Shown here in pieces: positions 10,506 through 19,090 of a DNA stretch of 32,000 nt. The DNA is taken from positions 420,001 to 452,000 of the forward strand of contig CP188086.1 in assembly GCA_049942765.1 (NCBI GenBank), written 5' to 3'. This stretch comes from Candidatus Saccharimonadota bacterium (GTDB lineage Bacteria > Pseudomonadota > Gammaproteobacteria > Enterobacterales > Enterobacteriaceae). The position numbers and the translations under genes were made by a program. Position 1 is the stretch's first letter; the number at the start of each line of letters is the position of its first letter. The notes under the pieces are model-generated. The model had not been told where the DNA came from. It saw only the letters and a list, made by a program, of their open reading frames with translations, and searched no databases.

Positions 10506-10862
10506 GGGGCTGATCTTGGATTTGACAGAATTATTTAACACTTATAGTGCATGTCGAGGTTCGGTTGCCTCGTTAAAAACCGATAAAAAAATAGTTGCAA
10601 AACAAGAAAATTACGCTTTAGCAGCTTAAAAAACTGCAATAGCCCTTCTTTTCTATCCTCTCTTACATAATAGAAAAAACAGAAGGTCATAATCAAGAGA
10701 TTATGTATAAATATATACTTAATAATTTATACATAAAAAAAATTAAGTTATATTTTTTACTATGTGTCTATACTAATAAAAAATGAAATAAAAAAATAGA
10801 CTAAACATGTAGCACTGAAGTAATAAAAATTTTGGACGCGGGTTCGAATCCCGCCAGCTCCA
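10506..10862 (+). ncRNA. ssrA: transfer-messenger RNA (tmRNA, SsrA)
   Basis: The 5' end ggggctgatcttggatttgac matches E. coli GGGGCUGAUUCUGGAUUCGAC. The 3' end ggacgcgggttcgaatcccgccagctcca matches the tRNA-like T-arm and acceptor. The internal tag frame is conserved. No CCA is encoded, because the sequence continues aaa after the discriminator A. A TAAAAT hexamer at 10491-10496 is a possible -10 element, but that is weak evidence in this AT-rich context. Confidence 0.95.
10597..10629 (+). other. tmRNA tag-peptide reading frame (AKQENYALAA + TAA)
   Basis: The frame gca aaa caa gaa aat tac gct tta gca gct taa follows atagtt. It is positionally equivalent to E. coli AUAGUC GCA AAC GAC GAA AAC UAC GCU UUA GCA GCU UAA (ANDENYALAA). 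Confidence 0.85.
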
Positions 10863-11016
10863 AAATATATTCATAATAATGACACATTATATGATATATA
10901 CATATATTATTTAATATTTAAAATAAAATAATAAAAATATTTATTATTCAAAAAAAAATTTTTCAACAAAAAATTTTTAATAATTTAATTAACAAATTTA
11001 ATGTTGTTTATAAAAA

Positions 11017-11898
11017 TCAATTAATACCACTTTTAAACCAATTTAACTTAGCACTTAATATATCAAAATAACTATATTTCTTAGGATGTATTAATTTAAT
11101 AAAATTTACACTACGACGAATTAATACTACATCTTCAACCGCAATAGAAAAAATATTTTGACTATCACAACTCATCTTTAATTGATTAGATACATTCAAA
11201 AATTTTAATCGAATAACACTATCATTACTAATAACTAATGGTCTAGCTGATAAAGTATGAGGGAACATGGGTACTAACACTATAGCATTTAAAGATGACG
11301 ATAAAATTGGTCCACCAGCTGACAATGAATATCCAGTTGAACCTGTAGGAGTAGAAATAATCAAACCATCTGATCTTTGTGCAAATGCTAATTTATCATC
11401 AATATATACTTCAAATTCTATCATATGAGCAACTTTTTCTGAATGTAATACTACTTCATTAATAGCTATTGCTATCTTATTAGCAGAAACTTTTGTTAAT
11501 ACTTCAACTTCTAATATAAATCTGTTTTCTAAAACATATAATCCTGATAATATGTTACCTAATTCCTGAAACAAAGTTTTAAGATTTAAATCTGTTAAAA
11601 ATCCTAAATTACCTCTATTAATTCCAATAATTTTTGTTTGATAAGCAGATAATACACGAGCAGCTCCTAACATATTACCATCCCCACCTACAACAATAGC
11701 TAAATCACATAACTGACCAATCTCAGACAACGAAGCAATTATAGGATTATTTAACATTAAATCATGAGCTATTTTATCTTCAATGATTACTGTATAACCA
11801 AGATCTAACAACCAATCATACAGTATTTTATGTGTAATAAATGCACTAGCATCACGTGGACGACCTATTATACCTATACAAAAAAAAATTTTTTTCAT
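11017..11898 (-). CDS. nadK: NAD kinase
   Basis: The track ORF starts at a TTG (11905-11907). The ATG at 11896-11898 gives [15 protein letters not shown], which aligns residue-for-residue with E. coli NadK MNNHFKCIGIVGHPR (293 vs 292 aa). The motifs [13 protein letters not shown] and [21 protein letters not shown] are conserved. It is divergent from grpE, as in E. coli. Confidence 0.93.
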   Translation of the reverse strand: MKKIFFCIGIIGRPRDASAFITHKILYDWLLDLGYTVIIEDKIAHDLMLNNPIIASLSEIGQLCDLAIVVGGDGNMLGAARVLSAYQTKIIGINRGNLGFLTDLNLKTLFQELGNILSGLYVLENRFILEVEVLTKVSANKIAIAINEVVLHSEKVAHMIEFEVYIDDKLAFAQRSDGLIISTPTGSTGYSLSAGGPILSSSLNAIVLVPMFPHTLSARPLVISNDSVIRLKFLNVSNQLKMSCDSQNIFSIAVEDVVLIRRSVNFIKLIHPKKYSYFDILSAKLNWFKSGIN

Positions 11899-11999
11899 TT
11901 TATTCAAATACTCTAACTAAAAATGTATAATAATAAAAATTTTTTGAATCTTAATAGAATACTGATACAAACTACATATTACAACATAGGAAATCAATT

Positions 12000-12923
12000 A
12001 TGATCATTAAATCAACAATAACACATGACAACAATATAGAAAATAATCAAAAAAATACTACCAATAAAACAGCATCTTATAATTCAAAATCAATACATCA
12101 ACCAAATATTACAGATAATACCAAACCAATAAATCAACACAATGTTACAAATGAACAAAAACCAATAAATCAACACAATGTTACAGATGAACAAAAACCA
12201 ATAAATCAACACAATGTTACAAATGAACAAAAACCAATAAATCAACACAATGTTACAGATGAACAAAAACCAATAAATCAACACAATGTTACAGATGAAC
12301 AAAAACCAATAAATCAACACAATGTTACAGATGAACAAAAACCAATAAATCAACACAATGTTACAGATAAACAAAAACCAATAAATCAACAAAAAATTAT
12401 CAATAATTCGATTGTAAACAATAAAAATTGTATTAACAATACACATCAAACAATATCAAATTTATCAAAAGAAACACATAAAATAAAACAGGAAATAACA
12501 TTAATACATAAAGAAATATACAATATTAAATTAAACACTCAAGCAACAATAGAAAACCTAAAAAAAAAATCTATTCATGATATTGATCATATCAAAAACA
12601 ACAAAATAAAAATATTTATAACAAAACTAATTCCAATTATTGATAAAATCAATGTTTTAGTCGACAACGAAGCACTAAAAAATAATACAATTCACAAAGG
12701 ATTAATATTAACCTCACAATGCTTAATGAACAATATGCACAAATATGGATTAAAATCTGAAGGTCAAAATGAACAACTATTTGATCCAAAACTACATACA
12801 ACAAAATCTATCTATGATAGAAAATCAAAAACACCTAGATATATAAAAAAAATAGAAAAACAAGGCTATATTTTAAATAATGATATAATAAGAAAAGCTA
12901 CGGTTACGCTTAAAGATGAATAA
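12000..12923 (+). CDS. grpE: nucleotide exchange factor GrpE with a repeat-expanded N-terminus
   Basis: The C-terminal roughly 130 aa (...KLIPIIDKINVLV...GLILTSQCLMNNMHKYGLK...LFDPKLHTT...KQGYILNNDIIRKATVTLKDE) align with E. coli GrpE (...LLPVIDSLDRAL...GIELTLKSMLDVVRKFGVE...PLDPNVHQA...QKGYTLNGRTIRAAMVTV). AGGAAA lies 9 nt upstream of ATG 12000. The protein is 307 aa versus 197 aa in E. coli, and the tandem repeat accounts for the difference. Confidence 0.9.
   Translation: MIIKSTITHDNNIENNQKNTTNKTASYNSKSIHQPNITDNTKPINQHNVTNEQKPINQHNVTDEQKPINQHNVTNEQKPINQHNVTDEQKPINQHNVTDEQKPINQHNVTDEQKPINQHNVTDKQKPINQQKIINNSIVNNKNCINNTHQTISNLSKETHKIKQEITLIHKEIYNIKLNTQATIENLKKKSIHDIDHIKNNKIKIFITKLIPIIDKINVLVDNEALKNNTIHKGLILTSQCLMNNMHKYGLKSEGQNEQLFDPKLHTTKSIYDRKSKTPRYIKKIEKQGYILNNDIIRKATVTLKDE
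12087..12410 (+). repeat. in-frame 36-bp tandem repeat: 7 near-identical units (12123-12374), a 16-nt partial unit, and a degenerate unit at 12087-12122
   Basis: I counted the units directly. The unit is aaaccaataaatcaacacaatgttaca[a/g]atgaacaa and encodes KPINQHNVT(N/D)EQ. Units differ only at one A/G site, plus one G>A change in unit 7. The upstream flanking unit matches about 26/36 by eye. Confidence 0.97.
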
Positions 12924-13087
12924 TGCTAATTATTATAGCAAAATAAAAATTATATATCATACATTTATATGATAATAAAAAATAACAATTGATCTTTATC
13001 AATAAAAAATCAAATATTAATTACACATATCTTTAAAATATTCATAGATAAAATCTATACTTAAAATTATTTTATACCTATTAATTA

Positions 13088-13759
13088 TTATGATGATGTT
13101 ATTAACCAATTAATAGGATTCCAATTATTTTTAACTAATATTTGATTAGTTTTTGAAAAATGTCTGCATCCTATAAAACCTCGATAAGCAGATAATGGGG
13201 ATGGATGCGGAGCTGTTAGTATATAATGTTTGTTAATATCAATTAAATATTTCATAGAAACAGCAGATCTACCCCATAATAAAAAAACAATACCTACATG
13301 ATAACGATTAATACATTGAATTATCTGGTTTGTAAAAATTTTCCAACCTATATGTTCATGCGATCTAGGTTTTCCATGTTCCACTGTTAAAATTGTATTT
13401 AATAAAAATACACCTTGCTTAGCCCAATTCTCTAAAGATCCATGTTTATTAACATATGGCAGAGATAAATCATCATACACCTCTTTATAGATATTTACTA
13501 AAGAAGGTGGAATTTGGATACCTTTATGTACGGAAAAAGCTAAACCATTAGCTTGATTTACTTGATGATAAGGATCTTGACCTAAGATAACAACTTTTAT
13601 TATATGAAATGGAGTCAAAGAAAAAGCACGAAAAATCTCTGATTGTTTTGGATAAATTATCTTATACTTTCTTTCATTTAAAATAAAATATGTTATGTTA
13701 CGCCAACACTTAATTCGTCTAAACAAATAATTCCAATTAATATTTTTATTTATAATCAA
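13088..13759 (-). CDS. ung: uracil-DNA glycosylase
   Basis: The motifs VVILGQDPYH, GLAFSV, PPSL and APHPSPLSAYRGFIGCRHF match family-1 UDG / E. coli Ung. There is no ATG near the N-terminus. The codon at 13757-13759 is TTG, and the aligned Trp (E. coli W7) is at residue 9, so a TTG (or other non-ATG) start is implied. Confidence 0.92.
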   Translation of the reverse strand: MIINKNINWNYLFRRIKCWRNITYFILNERKYKIIYPKQSEIFRAFSLTPFHIIKVVILGQDPYHQVNQANGLAFSVHKGIQIPPSLVNIYKEVYDDLSLPYVNKHGSLENWAKQGVFLLNTILTVEHGKPRSHEHIGWKIFTNQIIQCINRYHVGIVFLLWGRSAVSMKYLIDINKHYILTAPHPSPLSAYRGFIGCRHFSKTNQILVKNNWNPINWLITSS

Positions 13760-13975
13760 TAAATATTCTCATATTTGCAAATAAAAAACACTGTTATATA
13801 CAATATATGATATAAATTATAATACAAAAAAATAAAATTATATAGCAGTATAGATTGTTTACTTCAATTTATACAGAATAAAGAAAAAAATTAAATTTTA
13901 AAAATTACTATAATTTATACATATTGTTTGACAATATTGTTGTATAATAAAAAAAATATTTACAGGATAAAAAAT

Positions 13976-14575
13976 ATGACTTTAATTAATCAACAAGCAC
14001 CAAATTTTATTGCGCCTGCCGTGTTACCAAATGGTGAAATCATTGATACCTATAATTTTAAGGACCATGTACATTCAGGATGTATTTTATTTTTTTGGCC
14101 TCTTGATTTCACTTTCGTATGTCCCACTGAAATTATAGCATTTGATCAATCATACAAAGAATTTAAAAAAAGAAATATAGAAATAATAGGTATATCAATA
14201 GATTCAGTATTTGTACATAATCAATGGAGAAACACTCCTATCCATAAAGGTGGAATAGGTAAAATACAATTTACTATGATTTCAGATTTAAAAAAAGAAA
14301 TTCAAAAATTATATGATGTAGAACATCGTGATTTAGGTGTATCTTTAAGAGCAACATTTATCATTAATCAAAACAAAATAATCAAACATCAATCAGTTAA
14401 TGACTTATCAATTGGAAGAAATATAGCAGAACTAATAAGAATCGTTGACGCTATCCAATTTAATGAAAAACATGGAGAAGTATGTCCAGCTAACTGGAAA
14501 CAAGGTGATCCCGGTTTAGAAGCTAACGAATTAGGTATTCAAAATTACTTAAAACAACATATAATCCATAAATAA
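13976..14575 (+). CDS. ahpC: 2-Cys peroxiredoxin (alkyl hydroperoxide reductase C / TsaA type)
   Basis: The track ORF begins at TTG 13928. I start at ATG 13976 (MTLINQQAPNF), with AGGAT at 13964-13968. The peroxidatic Cys is in FTFVCPTE and the resolving Cys is in GEVCPANW. Confidence 0.93.
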   Translation: MTLINQQAPNFIAPAVLPNGEIIDTYNFKDHVHSGCILFFWPLDFTFVCPTEIIAFDQSYKEFKKRNIEIIGISIDSVFVHNQWRNTPIHKGGIGKIQFTMISDLKKEIQKLYDVEHRDLGVSLRATFIINQNKIIKHQSVNDLSIGRNIAELIRIVDAIQFNEKHGEVCPANWKQGDPGLEANELGIQNYLKQHIIHK

Positions 14576-14677
14576 TAAATAAATAAAACAAGTCCATAAT
14601 AATCTATATAAACAATCAAATTGAAACAATCATAAAATAACAATAATTTATGTTATGAGATATATATAAAACTTCTA

Positions 14678-14702
14678 TTGGTGTCTACACAGTAGACACC
14701 AA
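14678..14702. terminator. 11-bp perfect hairpin between convergent ahpC and the DUF2076 gene (putative bidirectional terminator)
   Basis: ttggtgtctac (14678-14688) and gtagacaccaa (14692-14702) are exact reverse complements, with the 3-nt loop aca. The hairpin is G/C-containing and flanked by A/T runs. Confidence 0.65.
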
Positions 14703-14729
14703 AATTCAATAAACACTCATCAAGTTTAA

Positions 14730-15488
14730 TTAAATAAAATTATCGTCATTAATACTATTACTAAATTCATCATTATAACTATCAACAATACTATCTTTTT
14801 CTAATTCATGTACATTGAAATTCTCATCATCATCAGAAATAAACTTATGTTGTGTATTTAAATATTCATCATAATACAAATCATTGTTATCTAATGCACA
14901 AACATCCTCATAATGATGCTTAGAAACAGATGCATCGTCGTTAGAAGACATTAAAATTTCTTCTTCAGGTTGTTTATTTTTAAACAAATTCATTAACATA
15001 TTACCTACTACCATACCGCTTGCAACTCCTACTGCTGTTTGTAAAGCATTACTTAAAAAACTATATCCTGAACTTAACGCAGATGAATTACGAGTAGAAA
15101 AACTATTATTATCTGATAAAACAGCACCACTAGAAGGAACAGTGTTATTCGAACAACTATTTGATAAGTTAGTCGTTTTATTAGACTGAACATCATCATT
15201 ATTTTTACTCATATTAGGTAAAAAATCACTTTTTGATACTTCTGAACGTAACTTATTTTTATACGACAATACTTGTTTTTCTAAGTCTAATATTTTATTA
15301 TTTAATTTCTTTAATACAGTATCCTGAATTAAAATTGTTTGCACCATGTAATATGGTGCATGACACTGCTTATCAATACGTGATTGAATTAACTTTTCAG
15401 CAGTTATATTTCTTCCTTGTGATTTTTTTTCTACGACATCTAATTTATGAAATAAATTTTCTATTAATTGTTCTTCAATAATTTTCAC
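14730..15488 (-). CDS. DUF2076-family protein of unknown function
   Basis: 252-aa ORF. The N-terminal block (EEQLIENLFHKL...APYYMVQTILIQDTVLKKLNNKILDLEKQV) and the Gly/hydrophobic block (FLSNALQTAVGVASGMVVGNMLMNLF) match my recollection of enterobacterial DUF2076 proteins (...EEQRLIDGLF...APYYMAQAxLIQEAA... / ...AGALQTAAGVAGGVVLGNMLMNMF). Between them lies a Ser/Asn-rich low-complexity linker, and the tail is acidic and Asp-rich. The start codon is GTG (15486-15488) with AAGGA 6 nt upstream. No ATG occurs before residue 47. Confidence 0.75.
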   Translation of the reverse strand: MKIIEEQLIENLFHKLDVVEKKSQGRNITAEKLIQSRIDKQCHAPYYMVQTILIQDTVLKKLNNKILDLEKQVLSYKNKLRSEVSKSDFLPNMSKNNDDVQSNKTTNLSNSCSNNTVPSSGAVLSDNNSFSTRNSSALSSGYSFLSNALQTAVGVASGMVVGNMLMNLFKNKQPEEEILMSSNDDASVSKHHYEDVCALDNNDLYYDEYLNTQHKFISDDDENFNVHELEKDSIVDSYNDEFSNSINDDNFI

Positions 15489-16175
15489 AATAAGTCCTTA
15501 CATAAGAATCAACAATATTATTATTATATTAACAATAATTAATAACACAAATTATATTCTTTAACTCTAAAACAATCTCAATATACTTAATCATTATTCA
15601 ATGTAAAACTAATCACCCCCTATTAACCAAATAATCAAAAATCAAATTTTAATAATTCAATTATTTCGTATCTAACTAAGTTTAATTATTGAATACCCAT
15701 CAAACTTAATAAGAAATTTTATCATTATTGAATATTATGCTATTTTGCTGTACAATAATCATATTTAATTAATGAAACCTAAATTTTTTAAAACTACAAA
15801 TGCATTAAAAATATTTTTTGTTAATCTACATTAATATCAACTATTAATAAATATTGATAAAGTAACTATATATTAATAAAAATATAAAATTGTATATTTG
15901 TAAAAAATATCTTAAGCAAATAAACAATTTAATATAAATACCGATCTATAATAAAAAATTATATTGAAATCTCCTTTCATCTTATCTTGAACATTTTAAT
16001 AACAATGTGATAACATTAATTATTTATATATCATTGATAATATTTAATTTTTAATTAGTATAGATATTACCTCTATAAATTATTTTCTATATAAATTATA
16101 TATTTCCAATGATTTTAAATTAAAAATACAATAAATACTTAAATTTAAATCCTAAAAAAAAGAGATTGTAACTCT

Positions 16176-18716
16176 ATGAAGGACCTACCACAAGACATTT
16201 TACAGGTCGACATTGAAAAAGAGTTAAAAAGCTCTTATTTAGATTATGCAATGTCAGTCATAATTGGTCGTGCTTTACCTGATGTGCGCGATGGATTAAA
16301 ACCAGTTCATCGAAGAATACTATTTGCAATGCATGTTTTAAATAATACATGGAATAAACCTTACAAAAAATCAGCTAGAATTGTAGGTGATGTTATTGGT
16401 AAATATCATCCACATGGAGACATTGCTGTATATGAAGCTATAGTTAGAATGGCACAATCATTTTCTTTAAGATATATGTTAATCGATGGACAAGGCAATT
16501 TTGGATCAGTAGACGGTGATACTGCAGCAGCTATGAGATACACTGAAATTAGAATGTCAAAAATATCTCATGAGTTATTAAACGACCTAGGAAAAAATAC
16601 AGTTAACTTTGTCCCAAATTATGATGAAACAGAATATATACCTAATGTTTTACCTACAAAAATTCCAAACCTATTAATTAATGGATCATCAGGAATTGCT
16701 GTAGGAATGGCTACAAATATACCGCCTCACAATTTAAATGAAGTTGTTAACGGATGTCTCGCATATATTGATAATAATCACATTACAGTCAAACAATTAC
16801 TAAAATATATTCCTGGTCCTGACTTTCCTACCTCTGGTATAATTCATGGTCGCTCTGGCATTGAACAAGCCTATGAAACTGGAAAAGGGAAAATTTATAT
16901 TAGAGCAAGACACAAAATAGAAATTAATCAAAAAACAAAAAAAATATCCATTGTTATATATGAAATTCCTTATCAAGTAAATAAAGCTAAATTAATTGAA
17001 AAAATTTCTGAACTAATCAAAGACAAAAGAATTGAAGGTATAAGTTTTATTAGAGATGAATCAGACAAAGAGGGGATGCGTATTGTTATAGAAATTAAAA
17101 AAGAGTTTATTGCTGAAATAATATTAAATCAACTATATCTATTAAGTCCAATGCAAATATCTTTTGGAATAAATATGGTAGCATTATATCATGGTCAACC
17201 AAAAACTTTATCCTTAATACAAATTATTAAATATTTTATTCATCATCGTCAAGAAATAATAACTAGAAGAAGTATTTTTGAATTAAAAAAATATAAGGAA
17301 AAAGTACATATATTAGATGGTTTAATAATTGCATTACATAATATTGATTATATAATTAACGTTATTAAATCCGCATACACTCCTAAAGAAGCTAAAGAAA
17401 AATTTTTATTAAAATCTTGGAACATTAATGACAAACAATCCGATTATATTGATCAAAACATAAATCAACATAATAATATTAATAAAAATCATCTCCATAC
17501 TAAAAATAAACAATATTTTTTAACTGAAAAACAAATACAAGCTATTCTAGAATTACGATTAAACAAACTAACTAATTTAGAACACCAAAAAATTGTTGAA
17601 GAACAACAATCATTAATAAAACGAATGAAGAATTTAAAAGATATCCTACATAACTCTAATTACATGATGGATATTATTAGATCTGAACTCATTGATATAA
17701 AAAATAATTTTGGAGATCCTCGAAAAACAGAAATTAGAAATAATACTACAGAAATCAATATAGAAGATATCATTAATCAAGAAGATGTAGTAATTACTTT
17801 ATCACATACTGGTTATGTTAAATATCAACCATTGTCTGATTATGAAGCTCAAAAAAGAGGAGGTAAAGGTAAAATAGCAGCAAAAACTAAAGAACAAGAC
17901 TTTATAGAAATATTAACAGTTACAAATACTCATGATACAATATTATGTTTTTCAAGTAAAGGTATGCTATATCAATTAAAAGTATATCAATTGCCTGAAT
18001 CTAGTCGTCATGCACGAGGTAGACCTATTATTAATTTACTTCCATTAACTGCAAATGAAAGAATCACTGCAATTTTACCTATACAAAAATATAAAAATAA
18101 TAATATAAATATTATTATGGCTACTGCATATGGAATTGTAAAAAAAATGTGTTTAACTGAATTTAAACGTCCTAGAAATAAAGGTATAATTGCAATTAAT
18201 TTGAAATTCAATGATGAATTAATTGGAATTGCATTAACTAATGGAAACAATAATATAATGTTATTTACAAATTCAGGAAAAACTGTACATTTTTGTGAAA
18301 AATCCGTTCGAACTATGGGAAGAAACGCTTCAGGAGTTAAAGGTATTAAAATTAAAAAAGAGGATAAAGTAGTATCATTAATCGTACCTAAAATTAATAA
18401 TGATATACTAATAGTAACTAATAAAGGATATGGAAAGAGAATGAACATATCTGAATTTTCTATAAAATCTAGAGCTACTAAAGGTATTATAGCTATAAAA
18501 CATACCAAAAAAAACGGAAATGTTATTGCAGCTATTCAAGTAATTGAACACGATCAAATTATGATGATTACCAATGCTGGAAAATTAGTACGCACTAGAG
18601 TATCAGAAATTGGGATTTTAAAAAGAAATACACAAGGAGTTATTTTAATTAGAACATCAAAAAAAGAAACAGTTGTAGCTGTACAAAGAATAAGAGAAAA
18701 CTTTAATTATCATTAA
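16176..18716 (+). CDS. gyrA: DNA gyrase subunit A
   Basis: 846-aa ORF collinear with E. coli GyrA from residue 1. Conserved segments include ...[34 protein letters not shown]..., the active-site region AAAMRYTE, and the GyrA-box QKRGGKGK. The acidic C-terminal tail of E. coli GyrA is absent. The numbering of residues 1-87 is identical to E. coli. Confidence 0.97.
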   Translation: MKDLPQDILQVDIEKELKSSYLDYAMSVIIGRALPDVRDGLKPVHRRILFAMHVLNNTWNKPYKKSARIVGDVIGKYHPHGDIAVYEAIVRMAQSFSLRYMLIDGQGNFGSVDGDTAAAMRYTEIRMSKISHELLNDLGKNTVNFVPNYDETEYIPNVLPTKIPNLLINGSSGIAVGMATNIPPHNLNEVVNGCLAYIDNNHITVKQLLKYIPGPDFPTSGIIHGRSGIEQAYETGKGKIYIRARHKIEINQKTKKISIVIYEIPYQVNKAKLIEKISELIKDKRIEGISFIRDESDKEGMRIVIEIKKEFIAEIILNQLYLLSPMQISFGINMVALYHGQPKTLSLIQIIKYFIHHRQEIITRRSIFELKKYKEKVHILDGLIIALHNIDYIINVIKSAYTPKEAKEKFLLKSWNINDKQSDYIDQNINQHNNINKNHLHTKNKQYFLTEKQIQAILELRLNKLTNLEHQKIVEEQQSLIKRMKNLKDILHNSNYMMDIIRSELIDIKNNFGDPRKTEIRNNTTEINIEDIINQEDVVITLSHTGYVKYQPLSDYEAQKRGGKGKIAAKTKEQDFIEILTVTNTHDTILCFSSKGMLYQLKVYQLPESSRHARGRPIINLLPLTANERITAILPIQKYKNNNINIIMATAYGIVKKMCLTEFKRPRNKGIIAINLKFNDELIGIALTNGNNNIMLFTNSGKTVHFCEKSVRTMGRNASGVKGIKIKKEDKVVSLIVPKINNDILIVTNKGYGKRMNISEFSIKSRATKGIIAIKHTKKNGNVIAAIQVIEHDQIMMITNAGKLVRTRVSEIGILKRNTQGVILIRTSKKETVVAVQRIRENFNYH

Positions 18717-19090
18717 ACATAATAAATTACATGAAAAATTAAATTATCAATTCAATACAACCTAAATCACAAAATTTAACATTTAAAAAATTATATATAT
18801 AATATATAAAAATTAATTATTTTTATAATATAAAAAATAATGTATTGATGATTGTAAATATAATAAATATTGTTTACAGTACGTAATTCAAAAATATATA
18901 TATATAGAAATTCACAATCAATTAATCAATTTATTAATGAATATATTTCATCATACATTAATTCAAAAAATAACATACAATTTAATACAATTGATCTAGT
19001 ATTATTTCTACTAAACATTATTAATTACAAAAAAAATGTGCATTTCTTTTTAATAAAAATTAACTACGCATATAAATAGGAATACACTAT

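Noticed and set aside
11944-11972. TTGAAT upstream of grpE as a possible heat-shock (sigma-32) -35 element
   Set aside because: There is no CCCCAT-like -10 element at the proper spacing, only a weak TACAAA. This cannot be distinguished from background.
12123-12374. A 36-bp repeat length reminiscent of CRISPR repeats
   Set aside because: The units are contiguous with no spacers, lie in frame inside grpE, and there are no cas genes. This is a coding tandem repeat, not a CRISPR array.
12090-12449. 119-aa ORF antisense to grpE, with the repeating peptide IVLIYWFLFICN
   Set aside because: It is the mirror image of the 36-bp tandem repeat, which happens to lack stops on the opposite strand. It has no SD and no homology, and the sense frame is clearly GrpE.
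13928-13948. TTGACA (13928-13933) and TATAAT (13943-13948) upstream of ahpC
   Set aside because: The hexamers are only 9 nt apart, far from the 16-18 nt needed for a sigma-70 promoter. TATAAT-like strings are everywhere in this DNA.
15233-15481. 82-aa ORF antisense to the DUF2076 gene
   Set aside because: It is a shadow ORF. The opposite frame has the recognisable conserved domain and an SD.
18008-18508. 166-aa hydrophobic ORF antisense to the gyrA C-terminal domain
   Set aside because: It is a shadow ORF. Its Phe/Ile/Leu richness is what the complement of Lys/Asn/Glu-rich AT-biased codons yields. It begins at a TTG with no SD and lies wholly inside a strongly conserved gene.
18870-19079. 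69-aa ORF in the gyrA-nrdA spacer
   Set aside because: It has a non-ATG start, Asn/Ile/Tyr low-complexity composition typical of translated A/T spacer, no SD and no recognisable motif.
18717-19090. Search for NrdR boxes or DnaA boxes (TTATCCACA) upstream of nrdA
   Set aside because: I found only A/T alternating runs (for example around 18890-18910), without the CAC...GTG arms of an NrdR box, and no DnaA-box match better than about 7/9.
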